The translations under genes were made by a program, and so were the position numbers. Below the pieces are notes generated by a model. It made no database searches, was not told the origin of the DNA, and saw only the letters and a list, made by a program, of their open reading frames with translations. From Tubulanus polymorphus (Eukaryota > Animalia > Nemertea), in NCBI RefSeq assembly GCF_964204645.1, contig NC_134025.1:9176001-9240000 (forward strand): a DNA stretch of 64,000 nucleotides, written 5' to 3'. Below, piece by piece: positions 26,101-39,200 of the stretch. Position 1 is the stretch's first letter. Every line of letters starts with the position of its first letter.

Positions 26101-27368
26101 TGATATTACTAACCATTATTAACATCGGGCCATCGATATTAACGTATGGAGTTGTGCTGTTTGTAAGTACTCAAAACAACTATAATCAACTTTTAAAACT
26201 TAACATATATTCTAAAAGCTTTCCCAATTATATGTACATTGTACTTATCACCATCTGATATTTTCTAGATATTCTACTATATCTATGCAATCATTGGAAT
26301 GGAATTGTATGGTGGTTTGATCAAGTATAATGAGTATAATGGTAATGTTAGTGAAGAACATTCATTCTGCGGTAACACAGCTCTTAACAACTCTGACTAT
26401 TATAAGTTTCATTACTGTGGCAATAATTTCAACAACATTTTGCACTCATTAATCGTTCTATTTGAGCTCATGTATGTCAACCAATGGCATGATATCCTTT
26501 TCATTTGAAGTATCTTATTGTATCAATTACATAGCTTTATTTGTCTTTGTTAAAGATATTTTTCTTTGGTAGTTAATCTAGCCATTTTCCTTAATAATTT
26601 GTACTTATTACGCAAGGATTTGTCCTGGTGACAAATGTTTGGGCTAGAATATATTTCATCTCCTTCCACATGATATGTGTCCTTCTGGTTCTCAAGTAAG
26701 CATTAAACGTACATCGTAAATAGAATATCCAGCCATGTTATACACACCTACCAGTATATCATTGTACATGTATATATACTGTGTCCTTTGTAGCATATTT
26801 GTGGCTTTTGTCTTGGAAGTTTTCATTTTGGAGTACAACCTGTCCAAGGGAAAGTTTGAGTCAGCTGTAGAGCAAACAATCAAAGAAATGGGACTTGGAT
26901 ATGATGGGTATGTTTACGGATGTTTCTCAAAACTCTTGTCTCAAAACAGATGTAGATCCATCTCACTCAACTTTTTTTATCACAGGGGTTCATCTTTCAA
27001 CTTCAAAAAACCGAAGTCAGATAAAGCAGATTTGGTGAAGGAGTCTGAGGAGGATGAAGATGCTGAGGATAACGAAGAACCAACCTTTAACCAACAAACA
27101 GCATCATCTATGAGATTAGAGCAACTGAAATCTGAAACTTGTGATCAAGGATTAAAATTCCATTTGAGAAAATGTAAGTCATGTTTGGCAGTGTATTCTG
27201 TTTTTACTAATGTTTCCAATTGCCTTCTATCCACTCTCTTTTCCAGCTAAGAAAAATGTGGAAGCTTTGTTAATGAGGATGTTTGAAGACGAACTTGAAC
27301 CGGAAGATTTTGGTCCTCTAGATGATGATGATGCAGATGAAGACCCAGTGTCTGAGTTCAACTTTTAA
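23137..27368 (+). CDS. TPCN3: Two-pore channel, TPC3 subtype, ~19 coding exons
   Basis: Two 6-TM repeats: S4-I WSRPLRPLFIINF, pore I LYVLVTTANSPDVMMPA (NSP is TPC3-like versus NFP/NNP), EF-like LDSDGDD, S4-II LRVLRLLKI, pore II LFELMYVNQWH. TAA at 27366-27368. Confidence 0.88.
26492..26604 (+). other. U12-type AT-AC intron in TPC3
   Basis: 5' ATATCCTTT at 26492, branch-point-like TTCCTTAAT at 26587-26595, terminal AC at 26603-26604. Removal restores NQWH|VITQGFVLVT. Confidence 0.92.
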
Positions 27369-28580
27369 CCATATTCACTGACTGTACATTCATAATCCAA
27401 ATACGTAATAAGATTAGCTTTTCATTGTTTTAAATCAGTTAATCCTAATCGATGATTTTTAGCCCACTTGGACCATAGCCTTCACTTTTTGTCTGTGACA
27501 GAATACGGTGATTTTGGGATGTTTGAAATCTAAAAATAGAAAAATTGGGTTGATCGGACACAAAAAGTTCATTTTTGGCCTAGACTATTGTCACTTCAAT
27601 TGTAGATGGAAAAAGGTTTTTGGAGGAAAATTATATTCAGTTAGTTTTAGCACTGTCATAAGACACATCCGTTTGCTTGTAATTAGGATTACCCAGTCGT
27701 TCGTTATCCCCACCAAATAGTTGCAGCTTATGACAAGTTCGTTTGATTGTTCAACACGGGGCATTCAATCAAATCAACATACCGTATTGGTAATTAATAT
27801 GTACATATATACTGCTGTTATTGTCTATAAACTGTAATCAATGAATTATAACAAATGATTTATACAAATATATATCTTGATGTTTCTTTATATTCTAGTA
27901 AAAATTCGTTTTACCGTACAAGAAAAATAAAATGTTAGCTACCTATATTTTGATAAAATGCTGGACTTTGAAGCTTATTGATTTTGGATCTTGTTTTTAT
28001 CAGAAATATATAAATTTCTTTTCACATATGTACAGTAAAGGGGAAGTCTTCCGTCATCATCACTGAATGCATGTCGTCTTTATTTTTGGAGTCTCAATTA
28101 GTAATTCCAATATGCAATTGACTATATATAGGGCCTAAGTGACAATCCATCCCTTGAATCAGCTGTCAAAATAATGATGGCCCAACTAAGATGACTTGAG
28201 CAGGGGTTAACTTTAGAAAAGGCAGGCTCATTTAGTCATCCGCTGTATAATGGAATGCTTTGCAGTTCAACCAGATGATCTATTGATTGGTATGGAGATG
28301 CTCTCTACTAGTCTCAGGTAATAAAGCTTTGCCACTAAAGGAATGTTTTGCAACTGTCGCTGAGAGGAAACTTGCTCTATGCCAATACTAACTAATCAAC
28401 AAGAGAATTCTTAACTCATCGACTATACATTAAATAAAACGTACTCATAAATACAATGTATATTTTAAATATCACCATTAATAAAACATTGTAAAAGGAA
28501 AATTCCAAAAGAGAAAGTGATTGATAACCATAATCTTAAAAATGCAAGTATGGTACATTTGTTACCAGCCAATTAATTGT

Positions 28581-29590
28581 TCAATTACTGTTATTTGTAT
28601 CCCAAAACACAGTATATGTAATATATGCCATCAGTATGATAAGTACAGAAATTGCCATGCTCTTCATATTTTCCCATCGCAGTGACCGCAGTTGTTTTTC
28701 TGAAAGTTTGATATAAAACTGGATAAGTTAAGGCGCTAAGACATTGAGAAAAGCAACACATTCCAATAGTATCCCAAAGCAGTTCTAACTGACAGAAGCT
28801 GCTCTAACGACAGACAGACTAGGGTACAACAGTTGCAAACCTGCCTAAACCTCCTGCCTTTACACTCAATCCAAATATAGCCTAAGCCATTCCGAGTTAT
28901 CTGCATTGGAGATACTTACGATGACCCTTCAATGTGTTTTGCAGTTGCTTCTCATCTTCTTTCAGTTTCCTCCTGTTTAAGTGAAAAAAAAATCTAAATG
29001 AAAGCATGTTTTTTCATCTACATATGCTATTATTCAGAGGTGCCAAACTTAGCGCCAGGCCCATTAGTCTGAATTCCAGTCGTTGTTTACGGTTCCGTAC
29101 AACGTTGTTTCAGAAACAACGGCTAGGTACTAGACTGCAGGCCCATGTGTAAATATAAGCCCTGTTCTAGCCCTACTCTATAGTTAAAACTTATACCTAA
29201 TGGTTGGTGAAAGCTTTGATAATCCGATAGCCTTATATCAACAATTGTGGTGTGAAACTAAACCTCAAGATTGGTTACTGACTATTAGTCCTGTTCTAGC
29301 CCAGGCCTGTCGACTGTCCATATTTTTGATCGGCACTAACCTTTCTTCATCAGTAATGTTGGCTAGACGAAGTCGCCTTTCTAATTTATCTAATTTCTTT
29401 TCACAATTTTTAACTTTCTCTTCCACACTATCAATCTGAAAAAGACATGAATTTATATTGATTGCCATATTGATTTATTGTGACAAACCCCTGTGCTGTG
29501 TGGATCATTCACAAAAAAATTGTAACAAATGGTTGGTGGACACAATTTCAAGTATTTCATACAACCTACCTCTTTCACGACACTAGGCAT
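28581..29590 (-). CDS. CCDC167: Coiled-coil domain-containing protein 167, 4 exons (29590-29570, 29435-29341, 28972-28920, 28699-28581)
   Basis: MPSVVKE|IDSVEEKVKNCEKKLDKLERRLRLANITDEER|RKLKEDEKQLQNTLKGH|QKQLRSLRWENMKSMAISVLIILMAYITYTVFWDTNNSN*: coiled coil plus C-terminal TM helix, ~95 aa, matching the CCDC167 layout. Confidence 0.8.
29065..29137. mobile_element. 73-bp TAGTCT...AGACTG element with perfect 9-bp TSD
   Basis: CAGGCCCAT on both sides (29056-29064, 29138-29146); reverse-complement relative of 11335-11399. Confidence 0.8.
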
Positions 29591-29798
29591 ACTTTCTACG
29601 CGTTAAACGAAGTCTCGAGGTTTCCCAATTATCACATTTAGTGCAATACAGGTCCAGATATAGCTAGTTGAGTAGTCTCATCCACCAGCAAGAAGCGTAC
29701 ACAGTGGCCCAGTGACTTCCTGGATCCTGGATCCTGGAATTACTTCCAGGAAGCTGCCACGTCAATTGCGCGTGCGTATTCAAAAGAGAAACGTCAAG

Positions 29799-32700
29799 AT
29801 GGCGGCCTCCATCAGAGAAAAACAAACCGGTAAATTTTTACAGATTTTCTTAAATAATTACTTTGTGGATTAAAATAACCTCTTAGTCGACTATTCAATG
29901 GAAACATCAAATGTTTAAGTAACTGAATAAGTGTACTTTGTTTGTAGTAAATGTTTGAATACTGAAAAATATGGATTTGAATTGTCAGTTAAATGCTGAA
30001 GTCCACTGCCCTAAAAAAGCCAAAGCCCCAATCTATGTACCAACTAATTGATGTAGGTTTGAATTAGAATAGCACTTCCTGATGTTTTAGGGAGATCAGC
30101 ATTACAAGTGTTCCACCAGCCTTTATCAAGCTTTTATTCTGCTACCCTCTGCCCTCTGCCTCTGGAGAACGTTGGTATTTAGAGTGGGTTCAATAGTTTA
30201 CAATATATTTTTAGCTTCCTTGAAGCGTATGCTCAATTTCAACTCTCCGCAGACAAAATCAAGTGTCAATGAGCCACAGTGGAAGGTAAGCTAAATCAAA
30301 TCGGAAAGCTTATTGATATAGCTTTTGAATTTGTTTCTGTTTATTATGAATGCATTTCTTATTTTTCCAGGTGCTTATCTACGATAGATGTGGACAAGAC
30401 ATTATCTCACCTTTATTATCCGTGAAGGAACTCCGTGATTTGGGAGTCACTCTTCATCTGTATGTGCACCAGTATTTTAAAAAAACCAGAGCGATTGTGA
30501 AATATTTCTCGTTTTACTTCATATTGTATATTTGTATTGAATTTTATTATTTCCAGATTATTGCACACAGATAGAGAACCTATTCCTGATGTACCCGCTA
30601 TATACTTTGTGATGCCAACTGAAGACAACATACAGAGGATATGCCGGGTAATTATCTAACCCTTTTGACTGCTGAAAAACATTTTTGTCTTACTTTGAAA
30701 TGCAAAATAATATGAATACAATATACACTTTTCATTTTGACTGAAATCATAACTGAAATCTTTTTTTCTGCATTTTATTTTAAGGACATACATAGTCAGC
30801 TTTACGAGTCATACTATTTGAATTTCATCTCTGCCATTTCACGACAGAAGTTGGAAGATATTGCCAGCGCTGCAATACAATGCAATGCTGTTACCATGGT
30901 TTCTAAGGTATTGTCAATGCCAGCTTTGATACGTATTGAAAGAAAGATGTATCAAATATCGGCCTACAAGATCCTGTATCGTATAATTTCATTTGCTCTA
31001 AATTTTCAGGTGTTTGATCAATATCTTAATTTCATTTCACTGGAGGATGACATGTTTGTGCTCAGACATCAAAATAGCGATGAAATATCTTATTACAGTG
31101 AGGAAATGAAAATTTCATACTTTGTTGTTTCTTTGTGAATATATCTGCATACACAAATCTGAGGTTTTTGTTTGTTTATAGCTATGAATAAAGGAGATGT
31201 GAAGGACACCGAGATAGAAGGAATTATGGATGTTGTGGTAGACAGTTTATTTTCAGTATTTGTGACATTAGGTATGTATATACGTATGAGAAATACTGAT
31301 ACCGGTATATTATTAGTGCAACCAAGATAAATCTTCCAGAGAAATCTGAAGTATTCAAAAGGCAACCACACTTCTTACAGTTTACATAAAACAATCAAAT
31401 CAATTCTTTCCAAAAGCTGAATTATATTGTTATTTATAACTAAATTAAGGTACGATACCGATTATACGATGTCCGAGGGGTAATGCAGCTGAAATGGTTG
31501 CTGAAAAGTTGGACAAGAAACTTCGTGATAATTTAAAAGACGCGAGAAATAGCCTATTTACTACGGATAGTATGCAAGCTGGACAATATTCGTAAGTTTA
31601 TGAAGCCAAAACTTTCATTATGATTGATTGCTCTAGATATTGCATAGTGCACACTGCAGAAGTTGCTCGGGTTTTTTAGGTTTCAAAGACCAGTGCTAGT
31701 GATTTTAGACCGTAATCTAGATTTGGCTACTCCATTTCATCATACGTGGACTTACCAAGCATTGGGACATGATGTACTGGTAAGTTTTATAGAGATGAAC
31801 GTTTTTTTATCAAACGATAAAAAGTTTTGAAGTTTTTTCTTAAAAAGCGTTTTTAAATCTTTTGATTGAAGTCTGAATTTTCCATGTTTAATCTTAGGAT
31901 TTAAAGTTGAATCGTGTTGAAATTGAAGAAACGTCTGGCGTTTCGGCTCATGGCGCTCGGCCTGTGAAAAAGAAGAAGTCATATGATCTTAATACGACTG
32001 ATAAATTCTGGCAATCTCATCAAGGAAGGTTAGAAAATCTTGACAGCCTTGCTATATCCATATGAAATGACGCTTTATCATTCAAAATCAAGTCAATTTA
32101 GTTTTCAAGAAAACACTGGATATGATAATTGTCACTTTTCCATTGTCACAAATATGACTACAGTGTATTTCTAAATTTCTCTTATTTATCTTAAATGATT
32201 GAGTGTAATTTGACTAGTTTCAGTTGTACTAGTTATCAGATATATTCGATTTTTTCAGTCCATTCCCAGAGGTTGCTGAAGCTGTACAGGAAGAACTAGA
32301 AACTTATAGAAATCAAGAAGAGGAAGTTAAAAGATTAAAATCTGCCATGGTAATTTCATTATTTTTTTTGCTGAATTTCAGAGCATTTCAGAGCATTGCT
32401 TGAGGTATTTCCAAATAGTAACAGTATTTTTTCGACTGGTTTTTAGGGTTTAGAAGGTGAAGATGATTCTGCTATCAGTATGATATCTGATAATACAGCT
32501 AAATTAACTTCTGCAGTCAGGTAAGAAAGACTCTGTGATGTTCAACATTACTCTGTGATGTTCAACATATCGTGTATTCAATCCTTCAGACCAGAAATTT
32601 GGATTGAGAACTTTTCAAGCAAATATACAGACCAATATTTTATGCCCTAATTCTGAAAAGCTTGCTTAAGAAAGGCATGAAATAGCAATGATTTGTTTAT

Positions 32701-35182
32701 TCTCTCAAAATACTAGGGTAGATACAGTACACTGCGCCCAAGTTGGATCCTATCAACTCGGATAACCGTTCAACTATGATGTTTTTTAAAAGTGTCTATA
32801 TATGAAATGCATAACATCCAACTCGGATATTACTTAAGTTGGACACATTTTTACGCTCAAAAGATCTGACTTGAGCAAAGTCTACTGTATTAAGTTGTTT
32901 TTATCCAGCGCCCTTTCACATGTTTCATTTGTGGTTTATGTCACTGTTTTTACAGTTCATTGCCAGAGTTACTTGAAAAGAAAAGGTTGATAGATATGCA
33001 TACTAATATAGCCACTGCTCTGTTAGATCACATCAAGGTAAGATAAGCCATATTCCATCAACTATACACAGCTATGTCATATTGCGATACTAATTCTATG
33101 GTTTCATTTATAACTAGATGAGAAAGCTTGATTTATACTTCGAAATGGAGGAAAAACTAATGAGCAAAGCTACATTGGTAAGAAACGAAATGTTGAAATT
33201 GTGTAATATAATGAACATTGCTTAGTGAAATTATATTTTATTTTTATTTCTATCTTTTTAGGATAAGTCATTAATAGATATAATCAGTGATCCAGAAGGT
33301 CAGTTAGTATGTTGTAAGTGTTTTATTAGAATCTGACTTGATTTTAGTCTAAAATGATTTATCTGATCCTACAGCGGGTACACCGGAGGACAAATTAAGG
33401 CTATTCATCATAGCATTGATCTGTGGAACCCAGATGACTGAGGTAAAGATTACACATTTATGAAAAAAAAGCTAAACTATTTGGTTTTGAATGATTTTGT
33501 CGCTTTATGAAATATTTTGGTGTATCTTCCAGTCTGAAATTAAGGAATACGGCTCTGCTCTGGAAAGCGTTGGATGCGATCTAGCACCCTTACAGTATAT
33601 ACGCCGATGGAGGTAAAGAATATGAACGAGACGTGAAATATTACCAGTAGCTGTGTACCCTTATTGGAATGATATTTCTTATTTCAGGACGTATGCTAAA
33701 ATATCCTCAGCTCCGGCCCAGTACGGTGGAGGTGGAATCAAAACTATGGGGTATGGTTCAATTCAGAAGTCATTGAATGTTAAAGTGATGGATTGTGAAG
33801 GGTATTTATGAATTATTTGGATTTTTCAGTATGTTCTCGAAGTTGATGTCTCAGGGCTCACAGTTTGTGATGGAAGGAGTAAAAAATCTGGTCGTGAAGA
33901 AGCATGTAAGTTCCTTAAACTTCTGTATCGGTATATCGAGACTTCTTTGAAAAAAAAATCATTCAGATACCATGGTAGGTGTGATCTCTAATTTGTTATT
34001 TCTTTTTTTAGAATCTTCCCGTTACAAGAATTGTCGACTCATTGATGGAAATGAAATCATTACAGGATACGGATGACTATAGATATTTCGATCCGAAGAT
34101 GCTTCGCGCCACTGACACGTAGGTTTCACCAATAGTAGAGGATTAAGTAATTGTAGTAATTGTAGTTTCCTAGACCTTTGAAAGACTGCATATACAGTAC
34201 CTTTCTCTATATTCTAGTTCAAGTATACCAAGAAATCGATCACCATTCCACGAGGTAAGCAACCGTTCATAGAATATATGTACAAAATTTTTGAAATATT
34301 AGCGCGTTTTCATACATAGCAAATTTTTTGCAGCTTTTGCAATAACTTTGACATTCTGTTTATCCATTTCAGGCTATTGTGTTTGTGGTGGGTGGTGGTA
34401 ACTACATCGAATATCAAAATCTAATAGATTATACGAAGGTACGAGAGCATTCAAGAATGTCAGTTGGTTCTTTATATATTTCTGTATCATTCTATGTATT
34501 TAATGACGTTTTATCTTATTTTTTAGGGTAAATCAGGCCAGTCTCAGAAGAAAATAACCTATGGATGTACGGAGTTGCTCAATGCTACTCAATTATTGAA
34601 ACAGGTGAGAGACGTTCATTTTCAAATATCTGAAATAGAGCCGTCTTTTGGATGAATGCTGAATTTTTCATACAACACTATAGCATTTACTAACTAAAAT
34701 CCACAGTTGATGATTAACCCTTTCAGTGCGTATACACCGTAGTGCGGTGTATGAATCGGTGATGGATTTTGCTAGTACACTGCACTGCGGTGTATTCTTG
34801 TAATTAGTAATTAGTTTTTATCTCTATTGAAAAATGGTAGCACCTGTCAAACATAGAGAAATATTAGTAACATACGATACACCGGCTGCGGTGTAGACGC
34901 ACTATAGTGGTACACCCGTTATTCAACACACTACGGTGGAATTTTTTCAAAATTTTCAAATTATCTCCAGCACTATAGGGTATTGATAAGTCAGCACTGA
35001 AAGGGTTAAAACATTTATTTTCATGTAACTCTGAATACTGAGGTTAATACCAGACTAGCAGTCACTGGCATTTACGCCCATTTGACACGATTACCAGAAT
35101 ATTTCATCAGTAGTTTATAGCGTTTGCATCTACGGTACCTTGTATATTTCAGTTGGGACAACTTGGATCAGAGATGCAGTAA
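29799..35182 (+). CDS. SCFD1: Sec1 family domain-containing protein 1 (Sly1), many short exons
   Basis: [10 protein letters not shown]|[126 protein letters not shown] at 35180-35182. Confidence 0.95.
32725..32887. mobile_element. Tc1/mariner-pogo-type MITE in a SCFD1 intron
   Basis: TA|CAGTACACTGCGCCCAAGTTGGATC ... GATCTGACTTGAGCAAAGTCTACTG|TA. Confidence 0.65.
34718..35005. mobile_element. piggyBac-type MITE in the last SCFD1 intron
   Basis: TTAA|CCCTTTCAGTGC ... GCACTGAAAGGG|TTAA; internal TACACC...GGTGTA palindromic repeats. Confidence 0.85.
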
Positions 35183-36288
35183 TGCCGATTGAGAGGAACA
35201 CTTGCTTTATGTGTGTGTGTGTGGTGATACTATTTGTCATCATGTTCAGCCAAACTTGTAAGACAACACAGTGTATCAGTGTGGATTGTAGTTGGTTGCC
35301 AAAGGGAGCTACTTTGTTAATGAACGTTTTTGGAACATATTAATCATTGAAGATTTTTACAATAATCTCACGAATTGGGCTGGTGAATTTTGTTCAGAAT
35401 TCCCAGTTTTCATATTTGAATCAAATGTATTTAAAAAGGTATACTATTGGTATTTATTTCGACGATTGGCTACCTTTATCAATAAACCCTCAATTATGTG
35501 CGCGTACCAGTCAATCTGTACTGAGCTGATCTGCCGTTGTTGACAAACAAGTGATACAGAGGTTGAAAAGAATTGTTGCAATATAAAAAGTGTTCTAATT
35601 TATTTTATGAATTTGTGAATATTCTGTAAATAAAACAAACTGATATCAATTCGGGCGTTGTTGTTGTTGTTGTTTCCTCTGGCAGTGCTCCAGTAACAGA
35701 TAAAAGAGAATATTTTCTAACCCTCGTGGATGTGAAGTGACTGAGTGGTATTCTCGTTGAAGAATTCAAACGCTGTAAACATTTTTTAAGAAGAAATCTT
35801 TATTTCCTGGGTATGAATATGTGCAGACAAAGTAAATAGAAAAATGTGTTCAATCGAACTCATTCAATGTAAATTTGTTATAACGCCATATTTTTCATTG
35901 GTCCAAACAGTGGCATTATACAGGACTACAATTACTTGACAACATGAACATGTATCCAAATAATGATTATGTACATACATTACGTACATACATTACAACG
36001 TGAAAATGTATATAAATAGTGAATACGTATATACATTACAACGAACATGTCTCCAAATAGTTGGCGATGAAAACAGAGGTATGACCCAGTCCCTATTACT
36101 AAAGTTATCACAGACTGTCAGTATATACATTTATTTTGTTCCATCAGTCATCAGAAAAACTCTATTATTTCCAAACTGAATAATGCAACACGCAACGAAA
36201 ATATACAACCACACACCAGTTGTAACTAGATAAACTAGATCGTTGATTTCTTCATGATAGCAGCACGCGGCCACCACCTCTGGTTCCG

Positions 36289-39200
36289 TTACATCCTTTC
36301 AAAACCGTTCATAGGAATGAATTGCCATATTTGTGTTGGGGAAGTTTGCTTGCACGTAGTGATGATCAGGGTTTTCGTCGAAAATAAATTGTCTAAACAC
36401 TTCGATGTGCTCCGATGGATAATATGTCCACGTCGGGTGTCAAATTCCCAGTCCTACAACGGGAAATTAATATCTAATTACCCGGGGCATGGGTGGAGGA
36501 TCAATTAATTCAGTGTGGTAAAAAAATTCGTGCCGGTACGTCGTTGAAATTGTAAGTAAATGAACGGAAAGGTACACACCTGATAATCACCAGAATAAGT
36601 GCACTTGTCGAATATTACGTTTGAGTTCCAGGAATGAGCACTTAAACACAACTTATTTCTATTTACTAATTGTCTTGATTTTAGGTGAGACCAAATCTGT
36701 AATTGAAATGTAACCAAAGAATCTACAAATTTGAAATTGAATTTAAATTCCCATTGCTAACTTAAGCTTGTCTTTTTGTGATGATTTGGCTAAATAGAAT
36801 CGTATTAACGTCACGGCCTTCCAGCGATTCCTTGGTTTGATCATGGACTAAAGTCCATGGGTTGATAATATAAATTAGAACATACGTAGATTTTAGGGTT
36901 TGAGATAAGATTACGAGGAATATGACGGACGTGAAGTATATATTATATATATTTAACCTGACTTAAACTTTGTTTGCTGCATTTAATCATCATTGGGTGA
37001 CCGGGTGATTTCTGATGAAGTGTATCTAGACACGAAATACCCTGAGCCAATTTACCTCTTCTAGTCTCTGTCATATCCGGAATTCTGTAAAATATTTTGA
37101 AATACAGACAGTCAATTATCGGAATTATCTTTAATTTTGAGGATAGACACGTGGTCGCGCGGTGATTATATATACCTGAGTTCTGGATAGACATTATTTA
37201 GATACCACCTGAATGAACGGCAATTGAGACGCTGTCGAAGTAATAACCTTTCAGTAATACTGTAAATATAACGAAGAAACCTCTAAAGCCTTAGATAAGT
37301 TAATAAATTAACGTATTCCAATCAGAAAAGATGCAGCCCGCGTATTGAATAGAAATCACATGAGGGGAGAATGGAGAAGGAAACTCCCATCAGTTCTATC
37401 AAACGGCTTTTCTTCCGTATGAAAAGCTGCTTATTGAGTTGCGTTATCGCTTTTATGTGTTTTTCCATACTTATGTATATAGATGAGAGAACGAATTAAC
37501 CACATCTATTTGGAGAACTGGTTGATTAAAAGAAAGGCTTACTTTCCATAGGGCTTTGATCTAGCCGCGGGACGGGCTTGGAAAAAATACTGCTTATATT
37601 CATCCATCCAGACCTCAGCAGTGCGCCGTGTATTTCTGAAGAAAAGGGCATGGGAGAAAAAAAAGACCATGAATATTGAAAATGGTACTGCATGCACCAT
37701 CATAATCACAAAAGCCACATACAGCGCTAAAATATGTGGTTCCACACCGATCACGACATAATTCAGTTTTGATGATTTCTGCTTAATAGGCAGGAAATAA
37801 TAATGACGACCACGGAATTGCAATTATTCGTCCATCGTCCGCTCTTCGGGTAATGATGAAATAACATAGTCTGCGGTCAATCGCGACACTGTAAATCTTT
37901 TATAGCCTTTTCAGTACCAAAAGCTTAGCCTCTCCATTACCTGATGTACGTATTTGCATTGCCATCGGGAAAGACGTAAGGATGTCTCTTGCGGAAAACG
38001 TGACCGACGCGACTACACGGTATAATCAGTAGACTTCCTCCGCACATCCATACCCGGAATGACAAATCTACGAATGAAAAGATCAAATGACTTAATAGGA
38101 CACCAAAACATTTATGACTTAAGTTGGAGTCGATAGATTCTGTGTCGATAAAAAGGTCGTATGATCTTAGATTTACTAAAATGTTTGTCTCTGATACATT
38201 TCCATATTAATGTGGTAGAACGTTTATGATACTTTTAATCTTTAAATGGTGGGTTTATATCCATATCTTTATAATCATCCCTCAAAAAAAAACCTTAGAT
38301 TTTTTTTTTGAATATAGATATATAGAAATGTATCAAATACGTTACCGCCTAACTAAAAAACCGGCCATTTCTGAGTTATTCATTCATAATTTACGTAAGA
38401 TTCATTCAATCACGTCGATTAGCTTTGATGAACTGGTGGTAATGCAGATAGCATATAAAACAAACCGGGCCCAGGCAGTCTCTTAAACAGTCGACGCGTT
38501 ACATTTTCTCATGAGATCTATTGCTAAAAGCGCTTTGATGTAGTTGTGCTTTGCAAGTCGCAGCAACTGAGCATATTAAACGCACGATCTCGGAGCGCGT
38601 TGTTACATGATTAAAAGTGTTGTGAAACAAAACCATAAAAATGTCATGTTTGCAATATCTACGACATTTTCTGATAATCTGTTGATTGCGATGATCTACT
38701 CGTCAAAATGAAGGGTTTTCAATTTCTTGGCGCCATTTTGTGGCGATCCCTCGAGGTCGCACTTGTCGCGATAATTTTCGCTCATTTTTGAAACAAAAGT
38801 TATGATTGAATATCGATAAACTCTGCAGTCCTTTGTGCGATAAAGATATTTATACGCCATTCTAAAGGAAATGAAATGTATAGATTTTTGCCAGCGATTC
38901 TTGATTTCCTTGAACGGTAAAGTCTATGGTTTCATTTGTTTCAATGGTGTATCAATTATGTTTATCAAACAAGGGACTGATATTCAATCAAAACGTTTGT
39001 TTCAAATATGAGAAAAAATTATTGCAACAATGGGGACCTCGAGGGACCCACAAAATGGCGCCTAGAAACTGGAATCTTCTTTATTGACTTACCAAAGTTT
39101 TCTCCACCCCAGATATTCATATCTATGTCGTATTTGCCGAGTTTCTCAAACCAGTCACGTCTGATCGAAAACAGGCCACCAGCGATCATCGGGGTTCTGG

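Noticed and set aside
32529-32568. 20-bp tandem duplication in a SCFD1 intron with a TGTGATG box-C-like look
   Set aside because: Simple slippage duplication; no proper C/D box pair with terminal stem.
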